Shown piece after piece: positions 10,835 to 20,637 of a stretch of 64,000 nucleotides of DNA; position 1 is the stretch's first letter; every line of letters begins with the position of its first letter. Position numbers and translations under genes: made by a program. The DNA lies in the NCBI GenBank assembly GCA_044440125.1, contig JBITAJ010000008.1:79956-143955 (forward strand), written 5' to 3'. The notes beneath the pieces were generated by a model. The model saw nothing but the letters and a program-made list of their open reading frames with translations. It was not told where the DNA came from and searched no databases. The stretch is from Sedimentisphaeraceae bacterium JB056. GTDB lineage: Bacteria > Planctomycetota > Phycisphaerae > Sedimentisphaerales > Sedimentisphaeraceae.

Positions 10835-11655
10835 TGACTGCCCTCCATGACCGTCTCCATAACAACTACAGCCACCTCTTCAAGTTTGTCATAATCGATA
10901 GGCTGATAACCGCTTATGTCCCAGAGTAGTGGATTTTCTTTGTCGGCTTGAACAACTTTTATCTCTCCTACATATCGTGGAGTATCAAGGTATCGCGGAT
11001 CAGGTGATGCATAAACAAGATCGCCCGGTTTTATGTCAAACTCGCGAGAAACCAGCGGTATCTTAAATGCATTAACTCCGTCTCCTTTAATATTTGCCCT
11101 TATATAATCGTTCGCATTATCACGCATTATACGAACTTCAAGACTATGGCTATTATTTACAACAAGGGTAACACGTGCTGTTGCTGTTGATACTTCCGAG
11201 ACGGTACCGATAACCACGCCGTCACTCATAACATATTGCCCTGCTCGTACCCCATCAAGAGCCCCGCGGCTTATCAGTAGGAAATGCCCCTGCTCTTTTC
11301 TGATTATCTTGGCAGCGACAAGACCCGCACCAGACTTAGGCAAATACGACCTGTATTTTGCCATCTTTTCGAGCCTTTCATGTTCTTCAAGGAGATCTGC
11401 GTAGATATTCTTATATGCTGCCCAGAGACGGTTATACTCTTGACGAGAAACCCATTCACTTCCTGGACTTTGGCTGCTCAAAAGCTCCTCTGGCAAATCT
11501 ATCCTTAAGCTTATAACGGGACTGAAAAGTTCAATAAAAAAAGAATTGAGATTATTAGTAATTTGATGCGGCAGTATCAGGATGGCTATAGATACCATCA
11601 GGAAACCTGTAAATAAAGACGTATTGTTTGCCTTAAGTCCTTGCCGTGCCATCAT
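10831..11655 (-). CDS. mreC: Rod shape-determining protein MreC
   Basis: TM + coiled coil + RG..DGV..GQ.V...GVVIG.V; lies between mreB and mreD. Confidence 0.88.
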   Translation of the reverse strand: MMARQGLKANNTSLFTGFLMVSIAILILPHQITNNLNSFFIELFSPVISLRIDLPEELLSSQSPGSEWVSRQEYNRLWAAYKNIYADLLEEHERLEKMAKYRSYLPKSGAGLVAAKIIRKEQGHFLLISRGALDGVRAGQYVMSDGVVIGTVSEVSTATARVTLVVNNSHSLEVRIMRDNANDYIRANIKGDGVNAFKIPLVSREFDIKPGDLVYASPDPRYLDTPRYVGEIKVVQADKENPLLWDISGYQPIDYDKLEEVAVVVMETVMEGSQ

Positions 11656-11690
11656 TACTCGCTAACTAACTTGTGAGTAAACCATTGATA

Positions 11691-12746
11691 TTAATCCCAT
11701 GAGTAGTTATTCTTGTCGATTGTATCTTTCCACTGATCAAGCTGTTCAAGATAAATACAAGTGCCTCTTGCAACACATGTTAGAGGATCTTCAACTACAA
11801 CAACATCCAATCCTGTCGCATTACCAAGAACCCTGTCCATGCCACGTAAGAGAGCTCCGCCACCGCAAAGATGAATACCATTGTCAATAAGATCGGCAGC
11901 CAATTCAGGCTCAGCTCGCTCAAGTGTACGAGTTACACATTCAATTATTGAAGAAACAGGCTCTTTCAATGCCTCACGAATCTCTTCACTTGTTATTACA
12001 ATCTTCCTCGGCAAGCCTGATATTGTGTCACGTCCCGCAATCTCCATGGTAAGCTCTTCCTCAAGATTTGCCGCAGAACCAAGCTGAATTTTGACCCTTT
12101 CAGCCCTTGATTCACCAATAAGCAGATTATAGGTTCGCTTAAGATGTGTCACTATAGCTTCATCAAAATTATCACCGCCAACTTTGAGACTTGTACAAGT
12201 ACTTATACCCGAAAGTGACATAATAGCAACCTCAGTAGTACCTCCACCAATATCTACCACCATTGAAGCTGTTGGCTCACTTATTGGGAGTCCAGCACCA
12301 ATACCGGCTGCCATTGGCTCAGGTACGAGAAATACTTCACGTGCACCTGCACGCTCTGCACTGTCAATAACAGCTCTTCTCTCTACTGCAGTTATCCCAC
12401 TTGGAACAGATATGACCACACGAGGCTTTATAAGATTGCCGCGACCGTGTATTTTACGAATGAAGTAGCCAAGCATCGCTTCGGTGACTTCAAAATCACT
12501 AATGACACCATCTTTCATAGGACGAATAGCTGTTATAGAGCCGGGAGTCTTACCAAGCATATCCTTGGCAACAAGGCCAACAGCCTCTCCATTATTGAGT
12601 ACCTTATTAGTACCTTTTTCAACTGCTACAACAGAAGGCTCGTTAAGCTTTATACCCTCACCCCTAACGGTAACAAGAGTATTACAGGTACCGAGATCAA
12701 TACCCATATCCGTACTAAACCAGCCAAGTATTGAGTCAAGTATCAC
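11691..12746 (-). CDS. mreB: Actin-like MreB
   Basis: GIDLGT.NT, EPSVVA, IRPMKDGVI.DF, EPMAA.IG, DIGGGTTEVA, GGGALL. Confidence 0.98.
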   Translation of the reverse strand: MILDSILGWFSTDMGIDLGTCNTLVTVRGEGIKLNEPSVVAVEKGTNKVLNNGEAVGLVAKDMLGKTPGSITAIRPMKDGVISDFEVTEAMLGYFIRKIHGRGNLIKPRVVISVPSGITAVERRAVIDSAERAGAREVFLVPEPMAAGIGAGLPISEPTASMVVDIGGGTTEVAIMSLSGISTCTSLKVGGDNFDEAIVTHLKRTYNLLIGESRAERVKIQLGSAANLEEELTMEIAGRDTISGLPRKIVITSEEIREALKEPVSSIIECVTRTLERAEPELAADLIDNGIHLCGGGALLRGMDRVLGNATGLDVVVVEDPLTCVARGTCIYLEQLDQWKDTIDKNNYSWD

Positions 12747-12857
12747 AATGATTCCTTTCAGTCAAGATTCAGAACTACACCCGCCTGCCGTAAAATCCTT
12801 AACAGGTTACAAAACTAAACATATAACAACCAATATTCAGTATTATACTAAATTATA

Positions 12858-12899
12858 ACAAACAAAACGACACGAACAGCGCAAGGCTACCCGTGTCGT
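12858..12899 (-). terminator. Probable terminator after the small membrane gene
   Basis: acgacacg...cgtgtcgt stem, followed on the minus strand by tttgtttgt. Confidence 0.55.
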
Positions 12900-12919
12900 G
12901 GTAAAAAACATCTTATAAG

Positions 12920-13069
12920 TTACCCGGCTATCGAAAAGATAGTGCCAAATTGCTGCATACATACCATTGCTACGTATACAGAAGTCGCAATTACCGACAA
13001 TGTAGCCAATGCCAGCATCGCAGTATAGATATTGTTGCCGGCTGAGTTTTTGGGTTGTTTCTTTGCCAT
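12920..13069 (-). CDS. 49-aa single-TM protein MAKKQPKNSAGNNIYTAMLALATLSVIATSVYVAMVCMQQFGTIFSIAG (not in ORF track)
   Basis: GGAGAG RBS, starts 13 nt after the upstream stop, basic N-terminus plus one hydrophobic helix. Confidence 0.8.
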   Translation of the reverse strand: MAKKQPKNSAGNNIYTAMLALATLSVIATSVYVAMVCMQQFGTIFSIAG

Positions 13070-13082
13070 TATTCTCTCCAGC

Positions 13083-13922
13083 TTACAGTGTATTTGAAAC
13101 AGTATCGCCTGTTTTAGGTTCAGCTTTCTTGAGCTCTATGACTCCAGCTGCAACATCAGTGTCAACATCTGTTATAACTATATCACAGATAAAAGTAGTG
13201 CCGCGTGTAACGTGGAATTTCATACCTTCCTTTACACCGTCACTGCTACCTATACTTACTGACACAAGATTTTCAGAAACTTCTGACACAAGGCCTGTTA
13301 TATTTGCATAAGCTGATTGAGCAGTTGCTGCTGTCGCAGCGCTTTTAACCTGGGTAACGATATTATCGGCAGCGTTTTTGACCTGATCTTCCAGTGCAGC
13401 GAGCTGTTCCTGTAATCTTCTCTTCTCTGCCTTAAGAGCGTTAAGCATTACGATGTGCTCATCAAGTGATGTCGTCATTTCGTTAAGCTTACCGCCAAGT
13501 TTGATGTTCTTGGCCTGCTCATCGGAAAGCATCTGACGGGTTGCCTGAAGAGACTTTTCCATATCAGCAATTGTCTGCTCGAAACTCTTTACAACACCTG
13601 ACCAACTGTTTACTCTGTCCTGCCACTTTACAGCTGTATGCTGAGCGTTGGTAAGATCAATAACCAATTGACTCTTATCTTCTTCCATTGTAGCAAGCTT
13701 ATCCTTAAGCTCAGAGAGCTGCTTATCTGCTTCAAGCTGTACTTCATTAGCTCTTGCGGTTGCAACATTCTTGCTTGACTGAAGAACCTTATAATCACTT
13801 TGCAGTTTATCATATTTTGCTTTAACATTATTTGTGCTGGCAACATATGAAACTACCGCACCGCAAAGAAAAATACTTGCCAGAGACAATAGTACAGTTA
13901 GAATTTTGGTAAAAGCACTCAA
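13083..13922 (-). CDS. Membrane-anchored long coiled-coil protein with C-terminal beta domain
   Basis: N-terminal TM, ~170 aa of heptad-rich sequence, VSIGSSDGV..G..F.V.RG; probable TTG start at 13922 after AGGAG (track start 14006). Confidence 0.75.
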   Translation of the reverse strand: MSAFTKILTVLLSLASIFLCGAVVSYVASTNNVKAKYDKLQSDYKVLQSSKNVATARANEVQLEADKQLSELKDKLATMEEDKSQLVIDLTNAQHTAVKWQDRVNSWSGVVKSFEQTIADMEKSLQATRQMLSDEQAKNIKLGGKLNEMTTSLDEHIVMLNALKAEKRRLQEQLAALEDQVKNAADNIVTQVKSAATAATAQSAYANITGLVSEVSENLVSVSIGSSDGVKEGMKFHVTRGTTFICDIVITDVDTDVAAGVIELKKAEPKTGDTVSNTL

Positions 13923-14203
13923 AGTATTTACTCCTATTACATTTATTATAACATTATATATACGGGGCATAAACCCCAACTCACGCAGTACAAACCACAG
14001 TACCACAGGATTGACAAGATTTTACGTCTCAGATAGCCTCAGGTCAAGAGATTTTTAATATTACATAGTAAAAAATAGACTATTTAGCAATAAACCTCTG
14101 CTGAAACCAGAAAAACACAAGATATACTTACTCCAAATCATCCAAAAGTAATTTGTATATTCGATTTTTGCACCCTTTATCAAAATCTTCGGACGATTAT
14201 AAA

Positions 14204-14734
14204 TCATCTACCCCACTGGTTATCATGAAACTTATCCTTTGCAAGGGAGCATTTATCTATCGGTGCTTTGGTTTCTGCTCCGTACCCAATAGCTATTATT
14301 GATTCCACCCTCACACCTGCGGGAATTTTAAGTATCCTACTGACATGTTGTTCTGATTCCAGGCCATCATTATTATATCTGGACCTGACCTGAACCCAGC
14401 AACTTCCCAGCCCCAATGTCTGGGCAGTTAGTTGTAAAATAATGCTGGCAATGGAACAATCCTCTATCCATACATCTGATTCCGATTCATCTGCACATAC
14501 CACAACAGCCAGAGGAGCCCCTTTTATTAGTGAAGAACCGGATTTTTTGCACTCAGAAATCCCTTCGAGGAGAATTTTATCGTCAACGAAAATAAACTGC
14601 CACGGCATGAAATTTCTTGAAGTAGGACTGCGAAGCAATGCTTCTTTCAATATATCAATATCACTCGACGAAACCGGCTGAGAAGTGAATTGGCGTATAC
14701 TGCGTCTATTGCGAAGAATATCTATCATAATCAA
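14204..14734 (-). CDS. Nitroreductase family protein
   Basis: RRSIRQF, SPTSRNFMPWQF, LGLGSCW, IAIGY. Confidence 0.92.
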   Translation of the reverse strand: MIMIDILRNRRSIRQFTSQPVSSSDIDILKEALLRSPTSRNFMPWQFIFVDDKILLEGISECKKSGSSLIKGAPLAVVVCADESESDVWIEDCSIASIILQLTAQTLGLGSCWVQVRSRYNNDGLESEQHVSRILKIPAGVRVESIIAIGYGAETKAPIDKCSLAKDKFHDNQWGR

Positions 14735-15375
14735 ACCTCTGCACCCTGCTTCAACCTGTAAACGATAGGAACAAGCTCCTCAGCAGTCTTGATATCAGGA
14801 TGTTTTTGGGAAGCGAGCTTTACGAGCTCAATGGCCTCATTTCGCTTTTCACCCCAAGCAACCAGAATTTCAAGAGTTTCGATTTGATACGAGCTGAACT
14901 TTGCACCTTGACCGGAGATTTCTGATTGCCCGGACATAGTAAGGTCGGAGGCATAACCAGAAAGTTTGCCGCTTAGTTCAGCGATTATATGCTGAGCAAG
15001 CCTCTTGCCAATCCCGGGCATACTTATAACAATCTTCTCGTCACCTGATTCTATAGCAGAAGCTATTGCATCGACCGGCAAACAAAGCGATTTAAGCCCT
15101 TTTTTTATGCCCATGCCTTTTACGCTTGTATATTTGAGGAAAAACTCTTTTTCTGACGAATTCATAAAGCCAACCATCCTCGGTATGAGGTTTCCCCCGC
15201 CCGGAGTACCTTCATAATATTCCATAGTACAAAGTGTTATCTCTGTCCCTATCTTACTCGAAAGCGAGCTTACACAATAGCCCGGAAGCATAACCTCGTA
15301 CGAAATATTACCTACCGAAACCAAAGCCTTTTCGTCATCTAATGAAAGAAGTTCACCTGTTATCCGTGCTATCAT
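14731..15375 (-). CDS. ruvA: Holliday junction branch migration protein RuvA
   Basis: MIARITG.L, HhH motifs V.GMGIK and PGIGKR.A..II.EL; adjacent to ruvC. Confidence 0.88.
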   Translation of the reverse strand: MIARITGELLSLDDEKALVSVGNISYEVMLPGYCVSSLSSKIGTEITLCTMEYYEGTPGGGNLIPRMVGFMNSSEKEFFLKYTSVKGMGIKKGLKSLCLPVDAIASAIESGDEKIVISMPGIGKRLAQHIIAELSGKLSGYASDLTMSGQSEISGQGAKFSSYQIETLEILVAWGEKRNEAIELVKLASQKHPDIKTAEELVPIVYRLKQGAEV

Positions 15376-15488
15376 AAATATCCTTTTCAGTGAACAAAGA
15401 ATTGCAAATTTTTATTTTATCATTCAAGTACTAATTAGTATTCTATAAGATAGTAATAGAATTTCCAGTAAAAACACCATATCAAAAC

Positions 15489-15983
15489 TCAAAAAGCAAT
15501 CATATCCTCTAAATTCAGGGCGTTTACGCAGCAAAGAGCAATAGCAATTGCGTCTGCTACGTCTGCTGGTTCAGGTGGTGCGGCAAGAGAAAGTGTCGAG
15601 GCGATAGCACGCTGCATCTGCTGTTTTGTCGCTCTGCCGTTACCGGTAAGAGATTTCTTAATCTTAGTCGCTGAATAATCCACCACTTTCATTTCTCTGA
15701 CACCTGCACGCTGAAAAATGACCCCCCTTGCATGCCCCATAAGTATTGCCGTACGAGGATGAGCATAATGAGAATACAGCTGTTCAACTGCCATTATATC
15801 AGGATCATGCGAATCTAATATAGTATCAAGGTCAGCGGCAATTTGTGACAAGCGGTCTGCGAGCTCCGCCTTGGTATCGGCCCTTATAGTACCGGCTTCC
15901 AGAAGATTAATGCCGGAAACATTACTATTTATAACTGCGTAACCGCAAATACGCAACCCCGGATCTATTCCTATGATCTTCAT
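15489..15983 (-). CDS. ruvC: Crossover junction endodeoxyribonuclease RuvC
   Basis: IIGIDPG, AVE, HARG, KKSLTGNGRA.K.Q, D.ADA.AIA. Confidence 0.97.
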   Translation of the reverse strand: MKIIGIDPGLRICGYAVINSNVSGINLLEAGTIRADTKAELADRLSQIAADLDTILDSHDPDIMAVEQLYSHYAHPRTAILMGHARGVIFQRAGVREMKVVDYSATKIKKSLTGNGRATKQQMQRAIASTLSLAAPPEPADVADAIAIALCCVNALNLEDMIAF

Positions 15984-16669
15984 ACAACCTTGCCATCCTG
16001 AAGCACTACCTGTCTGTCGCCCATATCCGCAACGCGTTTATCATGAGTGACCATTATAATAGTTTGCCCTGCTTCCTTATGAAGTTTCCTGAGTATCTCA
16101 AGTATACCCTGCCCAGTCGGCCAGTCAAGATTTCCAGTAGGCTCGTCTGCAAGCAATACCTGCGGTTTATTTATCAAGGCACGCCCTATAGCCACTCGCT
16201 GACGTTCACCGCCGGAAAGCTGAGAAGGACGATGCTTTAATCGCTCTGAAAGTCCGAGCTTATCCAAAAGCTCAATCGCTTCGGCTCTATATTTTTTACG
16301 TTTGCCAAACCACCCAATCGCTGAGTAATCGGCCATTACCGGCATAAGAACATTCTCTACAACATTAAGCTCTTCTATCAGATGATAAAACTGGAAGATG
16401 AAGCCTACATCTTTGTTGCGGAAAGAATTCAGACGTCTTGATGAAAAACGGGTGATATTATCACCATGAAAATGTACATCACCTTTATCCGGCTTATCGA
16501 GTGCACCAAGTATATGCAGCAAGGTACTTTTACCTGAACCACTTGAGCCGGTTATAGTCAGAAACTCGCCTGATTTTACTGAGATATCCACACCTCTAAG
16601 TACTTTGAGATGCGTATCACCCAGCCTATAGCTCTTTTCTATATTCTTGCAATTTATTATGTAACCCAT
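15980..16669 (-). CDS. lolD: LolD-like ABC ATPase
   Basis: [54 protein letters not shown]. Confidence 0.8.
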   Translation of the reverse strand: MGYIINCKNIEKSYRLGDTHLKVLRGVDISVKSGEFLTITGSSGSGKSTLLHILGALDKPDKGDVHFHGDNITRFSSRRLNSFRNKDVGFIFQFYHLIEELNVVENVLMPVMADYSAIGWFGKRKKYRAEAIELLDKLGLSERLKHRPSQLSGGERQRVAIGRALINKPQVLLADEPTGNLDWPTGQGILEILRKLHKEAGQTIIMVTHDKRVADMGDRQVVLQDGKVV

Positions 16670-16825
16670 TAAAGCCCTTGAGATTAAGCTAAAGTTTGAA
16701 TAAAACAGAAATCACATTATCCATTAGAGACAATAATTGTCAACAAATAAAATATTGCAAACTGGAATTGACAAATAGTTGTTTTGGGAATTGAAAATCT
16801 GTGATTGCCCTATTAAACTTCAAAT

Positions 16826-16859
16826 AAAAAGCCTGCAGGCTGATTACCAACTTGCAGGC
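16826..16859 (-). terminator. Terminator downstream of tRNA-Pro
   Basis: gcctgcagg/cttgcaggc stem with a T run on the minus strand. Confidence 0.7.
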
Positions 16860-16868
16860 ATAGAAAAA

Positions 16869-16943
16869 TCGGGCTGACAGGACTTGAACCTGCGACCTTT
16901 TGACCCCCAGTCAAACGCGCTAGCCAAACTGCGCCACAGCCCG
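16869..16943 (-). tRNA. tRNA-Pro(GGG)
   Basis: Minus strand cgggctg...cagcccg-a acceptor, tttga-CT GGG GG-tcaaa anticodon arm, GTTCAAG T loop; CCA not encoded. Confidence 0.95.
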
Positions 16944-17264
16944 TTCAGAGCTTGGTATTCTATATAAAGTCATAGTGATTTCAATACATATTACCAATAT
17001 TTTGAAAAAAGTTTACAAGAACACATCATCTTATAATATAATGGAATGAATATTAAAAGATGTTCGTTTTGGTCCGATGTTTCGTTTGTGTACTATTACA
17101 CATCGGTTAGAGGCATAAAAAAGCAAAAGCGCAATCTCCGCAAGTTGTTTTTTTTAATATCTCTGCTATAGTATTAAACTGAGTATTTAGACAAATATAA
17201 AATGATTCAAAGAGTTGCTAAATAGGTCTAAAGAGAATTGTTAAAGATATAAAGAGGTTAGAAA

Positions 17265-18530
17265 ATGAAAGATCAACAGATAGAAAAAGCATACGAGATT
17301 GCAAAAGATCAATATGCTGCTATTGGTGTAGATGCAGAGAATGTAGTTAATAAACTGGCTAATGTTGCAATATCAATGCATTGCTGGCAAGGCGATGATG
17401 TCGGAGGCTTTGAAACAGCCGGAGCTGAGCTCGGAAGCGGCGGCATTCAAGTGACCGGAAACTATCCAGGAAAAGCGACTACGGTAGAACAGCTTCGCCA
17501 GGACGTAGAAAAAGCCATGAGCATTATTCCAGGCAAGCAACGTTTGAATCTTCATGCATCATATCTTGATAACGGTGGCAAATTCGTTGATCGCAACGAA
17601 ATAACCAAAGAGCATTTCCAGAGCTGGATTGACTGGGCAAAAGCAAACGAGACAGCCCTTGACTTTAATCCAACATTCTTCTCACACCCCAAGGCAGATG
17701 ATGGTTTCACACTCAGCCACAAGGAAGAGTCCATCCGTAAATTCTGGATTGACCACGCAAAAGCATGCCGTAAAATTGGTGAGTATATGGGTAAAGAGCT
17801 TAATGATACTTGCGTAATTAACTACTGGATACCTGATGGCTACAAGGACACGCCATACGACAGGAAAGCTCCTCGCGAAAGGCTTGCCGCTTCATACGAT
17901 GAAATATTCGCAGAGAAGCTTAATGAAAAATCAGTTGCCGAAGCAGTGGAATGCAAACTGTTTGGTATTGGCTCTGAAAGCTACGTTGTAGGTTCTCATG
18001 AGTTCTATATGGGCTATGCTCTCTCAAGAGACAAAATGGTTTGCCTTGATGCCGGCCACTTCCATCCAACCGAGACAATCTCAGACAAAATATCTTCAGT
18101 GCTAACCTTCCAGGACAAGGCCCTTTTACATGTAAGCCGCCCTGTTCGCTGGGACAGTGACCATGTGGTAATACTTTCGGATGACCTTCAGGCAATAGCA
18201 CAAGAGATTGTAAGAGGCGACTACCTCGATCGCGTTTATATCGCACTTGATTTCTTCGATGCAAGTATAAACAGGATTGGAGCATGGGCTACCGGCACAC
18301 GCTGCATGATGAAGGCATTGCTTATTGCAATGCTTGAACCGGCTGAGATGCTAAGAAAAGCTGAAAATGACGGCGACCTTACAATGAGGCTTGCCGGTGT
18401 TGAAGAACTCAAGACAATGCCGTTCGGTGCAGTTTGGGATTATTTCTGCATGAAAAATAATGTTCCTGTCGGCTTTGATTGGATTAATGAAGTTAAAACT
18501 TACGAAAAAGAGGTTTTGGCTAAGAGATAA
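17265..18530 (+). CDS. rhaA: L-rhamnose isomerase
   Basis: [62 protein letters not shown]. Confidence 0.98.
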   Translation: MKDQQIEKAYEIAKDQYAAIGVDAENVVNKLANVAISMHCWQGDDVGGFETAGAELGSGGIQVTGNYPGKATTVEQLRQDVEKAMSIIPGKQRLNLHASYLDNGGKFVDRNEITKEHFQSWIDWAKANETALDFNPTFFSHPKADDGFTLSHKEESIRKFWIDHAKACRKIGEYMGKELNDTCVINYWIPDGYKDTPYDRKAPRERLAASYDEIFAEKLNEKSVAEAVECKLFGIGSESYVVGSHEFYMGYALSRDKMVCLDAGHFHPTETISDKISSVLTFQDKALLHVSRPVRWDSDHVVILSDDLQAIAQEIVRGDYLDRVYIALDFFDASINRIGAWATGTRCMMKALLIAMLEPAEMLRKAENDGDLTMRLAGVEELKTMPFGAVWDYFCMKNNVPVGFDWINEVKTYEKEVLAKR

Positions 18531-18566
18531 TAGAGCCTGTCTTTGATATCTATATCAGAAAGACAT

Positions 18567-18602
18567 AGGGTCGTAAAGTAATTTTACTTTGCGGCCCTTT
18601 TT
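18567..18602 (+). terminator. Rho-independent terminator
   Basis: gggtcgtaaagta/tactttgcggccc stem plus ttttt. Confidence 0.85.
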
Positions 18603-18709
18603 ATATTGACTGAAATTGAGACTCCAATATACTAAGAACTAATGTAGTTGGTGCAATTTAATCTTTTATATTTTTACGTAAAATTAATTTGTAGAAAGGA
18701 TGTCTCAAA

Positions 18710-20551
18710 ATGAAAGCAAAAATATCTCTTTTTTTATTGATTGCACTAACGTTAATTACGGGTTGCAAAGATAAAAATTCGCAAACCAGCCAACCAACCC
18801 AGAAGCCTAAAAGCATTCTGTCATATATTCCGAAAGAGTCTTTATTTTGCATTGTAGCGCATGATATTGAGGGTATCGCAACCAGCATAGATGATTTTGC
18901 CATCGGTATTACACCTGTTCCGGTATCTGCCGCAACGGGACTAAAAATGGTTGCTGCAAATTTGACAGGAGATGTCGATTCTGCAATAATAGACCTTAAC
19001 GGTGACTTTGCGCTTATGGGCATACCTACAGGTGAGATGATTACACAGCCTGACGGCACTGAGATCGCCAAACCTACAGTTGTTCTGGTAATCCCAATAA
19101 AGGATTTTTCAAAGTTAGAACAGATGAACACTGTTTCTATGCCGGATACCGATGGGATTTACACATACAGTATGGGGCAACAACAATACGTATTCAAAAA
19201 AGCCAACAACTATATATTACTTACAACCCCACTTATTTTTCCTCAATTCACAAAAGCATTTGAAGCTATAACCAATGCCAACGGAGATGTAATAAACAGC
19301 AAGCCAAAATATATTGTCGATAGTGCTGAAAATAAGCAGATATGGGTTTATGGTAATTTAACAGCTGTCGAATCAGAATATGGCAAACTCATGGATACTT
19401 ATATTGAGATGGCTATTCAAACAGTCACTACGCAGATTGCCCAGACTCCACAAACACCGCAAATATACCAGAAATACCTATCAAGTATGATGGATATGTA
19501 TCGTGATATACTAAGAGATATCGATTCTATATCTTTGTCAGTCAATATCGAAAAAGATGCCGTAAAGATATCAAATGCAATAACAGCAGTTAACGGGAGT
19601 CAACTTGCTAAAATCATGATACCAGACAACAATAAACTTAACCTGAATCGCATGGCATATCTTGAAAACGACAGTTTCATGAGGCTGGGATTGAAGGTTA
19701 ATGCTGATTACTATAAAGCTTCCAGTATTGTCTTTTTTGACTTTTTTGAAGACATGTTCAAAACTGAAGAGAATGCGCAAACCATGCAAAAAATAAGAGA
19801 AATATCAACGCAATGGGCATCAGCAGTAAAAGATGATTGTGTTATCAGTTACGGCTTCAATAATGATTCTGAATCAAAGCTGGCCTTATCCTTCATAGCA
19901 GGGATTGATGACGCCGAAGAAGTAGAATCTCTTATAAACAAGCAAGTTGAATTCTTTAACACACAAGATATCCAGGGTATCATTGAGTCATTCGATCTGA
20001 ACTTAGAATTAACAGCTTCAAACGGAGTTAACAGCTTAGATAGCTATCCGGTAAACAAATTAACTTACAAGTTTGATATTCCAATGCAGACTGAAGAAGA
20101 TACAAAGATATTTGATCAAATGTTTGGTGAGGAGATAAACGGATATTGGGTTTGCTATGATGATTTACTTATGTGCACGTCAGATAATGAAGATATCAGC
20201 AGGCTTAAAGCAATGGCTGAAACAAGCAAGTCAAACGCTCAGATATCTGATGCCCTGAAAGAAAACTTCCAAATGCTTGGGGATTATTCAACATTTGAAT
20301 TTATCGGTACATATAATTATGTGAAACTATTCGAATTTTCCTTAGCAACGATGTCAAGCATGATGCCTGAAGCACAAAAGGATAGCTTGAAATTTGAAAC
20401 AAATTCCAATATCGTCTTTGGCGGTGACATAAAAGCTGACGGTATAGTTTACGAACTCGCTGTTCCAAAGAAGCATATAATTGAAATAATGAGTGTCTTA
20501 CCGGCTATGCAGGCAATGCCTACGCCGCAACCGCAGGTTTCTCAAAAATAA
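18710..20551 (+). CDS. Hypothetical lipoprotein
   Basis: Signal peptide ending in lipobox LITG-C; no recognisable catalytic motif. Confidence 0.7.
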   Translation: MKAKISLFLLIALTLITGCKDKNSQTSQPTQKPKSILSYIPKESLFCIVAHDIEGIATSIDDFAIGITPVPVSAATGLKMVAANLTGDVDSAIIDLNGDFALMGIPTGEMITQPDGTEIAKPTVVLVIPIKDFSKLEQMNTVSMPDTDGIYTYSMGQQQYVFKKANNYILLTTPLIFPQFTKAFEAITNANGDVINSKPKYIVDSAENKQIWVYGNLTAVESEYGKLMDTYIEMAIQTVTTQIAQTPQTPQIYQKYLSSMMDMYRDILRDIDSISLSVNIEKDAVKISNAITAVNGSQLAKIMIPDNNKLNLNRMAYLENDSFMRLGLKVNADYYKASSIVFFDFFEDMFKTEENAQTMQKIREISTQWASAVKDDCVISYGFNNDSESKLALSFIAGIDDAEEVESLINKQVEFFNTQDIQGIIESFDLNLELTASNGVNSLDSYPVNKLTYKFDIPMQTEEDTKIFDQMFGEEINGYWVCYDDLLMCTSDNEDISRLKAMAETSKSNAQISDALKENFQMLGDYSTFEFIGTYNYVKLFEFSLATMSSMMPEAQKDSLKFETNSNIVFGGDIKADGIVYELAVPKKHIIEIMSVLPAMQAMPTPQPQVSQK

Positions 20552-20572
20552 GACAAAAAAAACATACAAATG

Positions 20573-20611
20573 AAAAGAGCCGCAAAGACAATCTATCTTT
20601 GCGGCTCTTTT
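20573..20611. terminator. Bidirectional terminator
   Basis: aaaagagccgcaaaga/tctttgcggctctttt between convergent genes. Confidence 0.9.
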
Positions 20612-20637
20612 AGTTTCAAATCTCAGACACCAGCAGG

